DNA of 64,000 nucleotides from an uncultured Acidimicrobiia bacterium (GTDB lineage Bacteria; Acidobacteriota; Terriglobia; Versatilivoradales; Versatilivoraceae): NCBI GenBank assembly GCA_963786955.1, contig CAWBAT010000005.1, positions 192,001 to 256,000 of the forward strand, read 5' to 3'. Shown piece by piece: positions 62,612 to 64,000 of this stretch (position 1 is its first letter; each line of letters starts with the position of its first letter). The notes under the pieces were generated by a model. It saw only the letters and a program-made list of their open reading frames with translations, ran no database searches and was not told where the DNA came from. The position numbers and the translations under genes were made by a program.

Positions 62612-62864
62612 GTGTGACTATAGCTTCCCTAGTTCGAAGTAAATGATTCCAAGCTTACTATTTTCACTATTACGCTGCTGCGGCTGAGGATTTTATAACC
62701 CACAGTACGCCAATATTAGAGCATTCTTTGGACCGTATTGGAAGTTTCACAAAGCAATAAAGCTCCACAAGGTTATCTATTGATTTGAAATCGCTTGAAG
62801 TAGGAAAACAGAGCCACGTTAAGCGCTTTGTGCGAGACGTGGACTTTTCTAACAGCGCATTTCA

Positions 62865-63425
62865 CCGCAAAGAACGCAAAGGTCACAAAGATAAACAACA
62901 ATAAACCACGGGGAACACGGGGAAAGCTACGATAGCCTCAAATGGACGCAAATGAACGCGGATCAAAACCAGATCACAGATTAAAGGTTGAGGTTAAAAG
63001 TCCAAGGTCTAAGGTCAAAGGTCAGAAAGTCTAAAGCTTAAAGCGAAAGCTAAAAGCAAATATTGCCGCAAAGGAGCGCAAAGGACGCAAAGATATACAA
63101 CAAATTGAACCACGGGGAACACGGGGAAAGCTACGATAGCCGCAAATGGACGCAAATAAACGCGGATCAAAACCAGATCACAGATTAAAGGTTGAGGTTA
63201 GAAGTCCAAGGTCTAAGGTCAAAGGTCGAAAAGTCTAAAGCTTAAAGCGAAAGCTAAAAGCAAATGTTGCCGCAAAGGAGCGCAAAGGACGCAAAGATAA
63301 ACAACAAATTGAACCACGGGGAACACAGGGAAAGCTACGATAGCCGCAAATGGACGCAAATAAACGCGGATCAAAACCAGATCACAGGTTAAAGGGCGAA
63401 GTTAAATGTCCAAAGTCTAAGGTCA
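62865..63425. repeat. Tandem repeat with a 204-bp period, about 2.7 copies, built from the modular motifs
   Basis: CCACGGGGAACAC starts at 62906, 63110 and 63314; units are nearly identical. Confidence 0.92.
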
Positions 63426-63579
63426 AAAGCCCAAAGTCAAGGGACAAGAGTTCGGAGTCCTGAGTCAGGAGCACGGAGTCATAATTTGATAATGCCAATT
63501 GAAGCTATTATTTTTGCTTCTGCTGACTGCCTACTGCCTACCGGACTCCGGACTCACTTGGACTCCGAAACTTCGAACT

Positions 63580-64000
63580 TTAAACCTTCAGGTTGCATTT
63601 CTTGACTTCGTCGGCGATGAACGACGCCGTTCGGACTGCGAGCGCCATAATCGTCAGTGTCGGATTTTTTTCAGGATAGGTTGTAAAGGCGCTCCCACCG
63701 ACAACAAACAGATTCTTCACTTCACGAGCCTGGCAATAGGAATTTAAAACTGAAGTTCGTTTGTCTTTGCCCATGCGCACGGTGCCTGCTTCGTGGCTTC
63801 CAAATCCTCCAGGCTCAGACATGGTATTTACAATATGCCTAGCCTTCGCTTCAGTCAGAATTTCCTGGGCCTTGGCTACAATATCTTTCCAAAGTGCGAT
63901 GTCATTTTCACAGAAACGAAAGTGCAATACGGGAATCGGAATCCCATACGCGTCCAAACGAGTGCGATCGACTGTAACCCGATTCTCCGGCCGGGCCAGC
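63580..64000 (-). CDS. GMC oxidoreductase, C-terminal part (gene begins outside the window)
   Basis: HEAGTVRMG, NLFVVGG and KNPTLTIMALA motifs. Confidence 0.85.
   Translation of the reverse strand, partial: LARPENRVTVDRTRLDAYGIPIPVLHFRFCENDIALWKDIVAKAQEILTEAKARHIVNTMSEPGGFGSHEAGTVRMGKDKRTSVLNSYCQAREVKNLFVVGGSAFTTYPEKNPTLTIMALAVRTASFIADEVKKCNLKV

Noticed and set aside
62865-63425. Possible CRISPR array
   Set aside because: Whole 204-bp units repeat with no unique spacers, and there are no cas genes in the window
1-64000. tRNA, rRNA or riboswitch genes
   Set aside because: None recognised by eye; a covariance-model scan would be needed to exclude them

Overview
Bacterial window, probably Acidobacteriota-like (inferred from gene content only). 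About 48 kb of co-directional minus-strand genes (59715 down to 11590) form a Wzx/Wzy-dependent exopolysaccharide/capsule locus. It is headed by a UpxY/NusG-type antiterminator and contains wza, wzc, gmd, fcl, wzx, wzy, a wecA-like gene, many glycosyl-, methyl-, acyl- and carbamoyltransferases, asnB and an O-antigen ligase. Embedded in it is a complete lasso-peptide cluster (13412-22563): RRE/B1, B2 peptidase, cyclase, a PRMT-fold methyltransferase with an RRE-like tail, an HPr-kinase-like enzyme, an ABC exporter and a nucleotidyltransferase. Its 56-aa precursor (19547-19717, predicted core GQNGSVPDGLSGMGMV) is absent from the ORF track. Nearly every intergenic gap is filled with modular 7-10 bp tandem-motif repeats or GC-rich palindromes. 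One palindrome family brackets a DUF559 nuclease gene REPIN-style, and related palindromes sit in-frame inside lasso genes. Mobile DNA comprises an IS630 and an unusual ~1.7 kb cassette of two DUF1670-like genes inserted into a repeat. About ten genes are frameshifted, which most likely reflects indel sequencing errors. All family calls come from motif recognition, not database searches.
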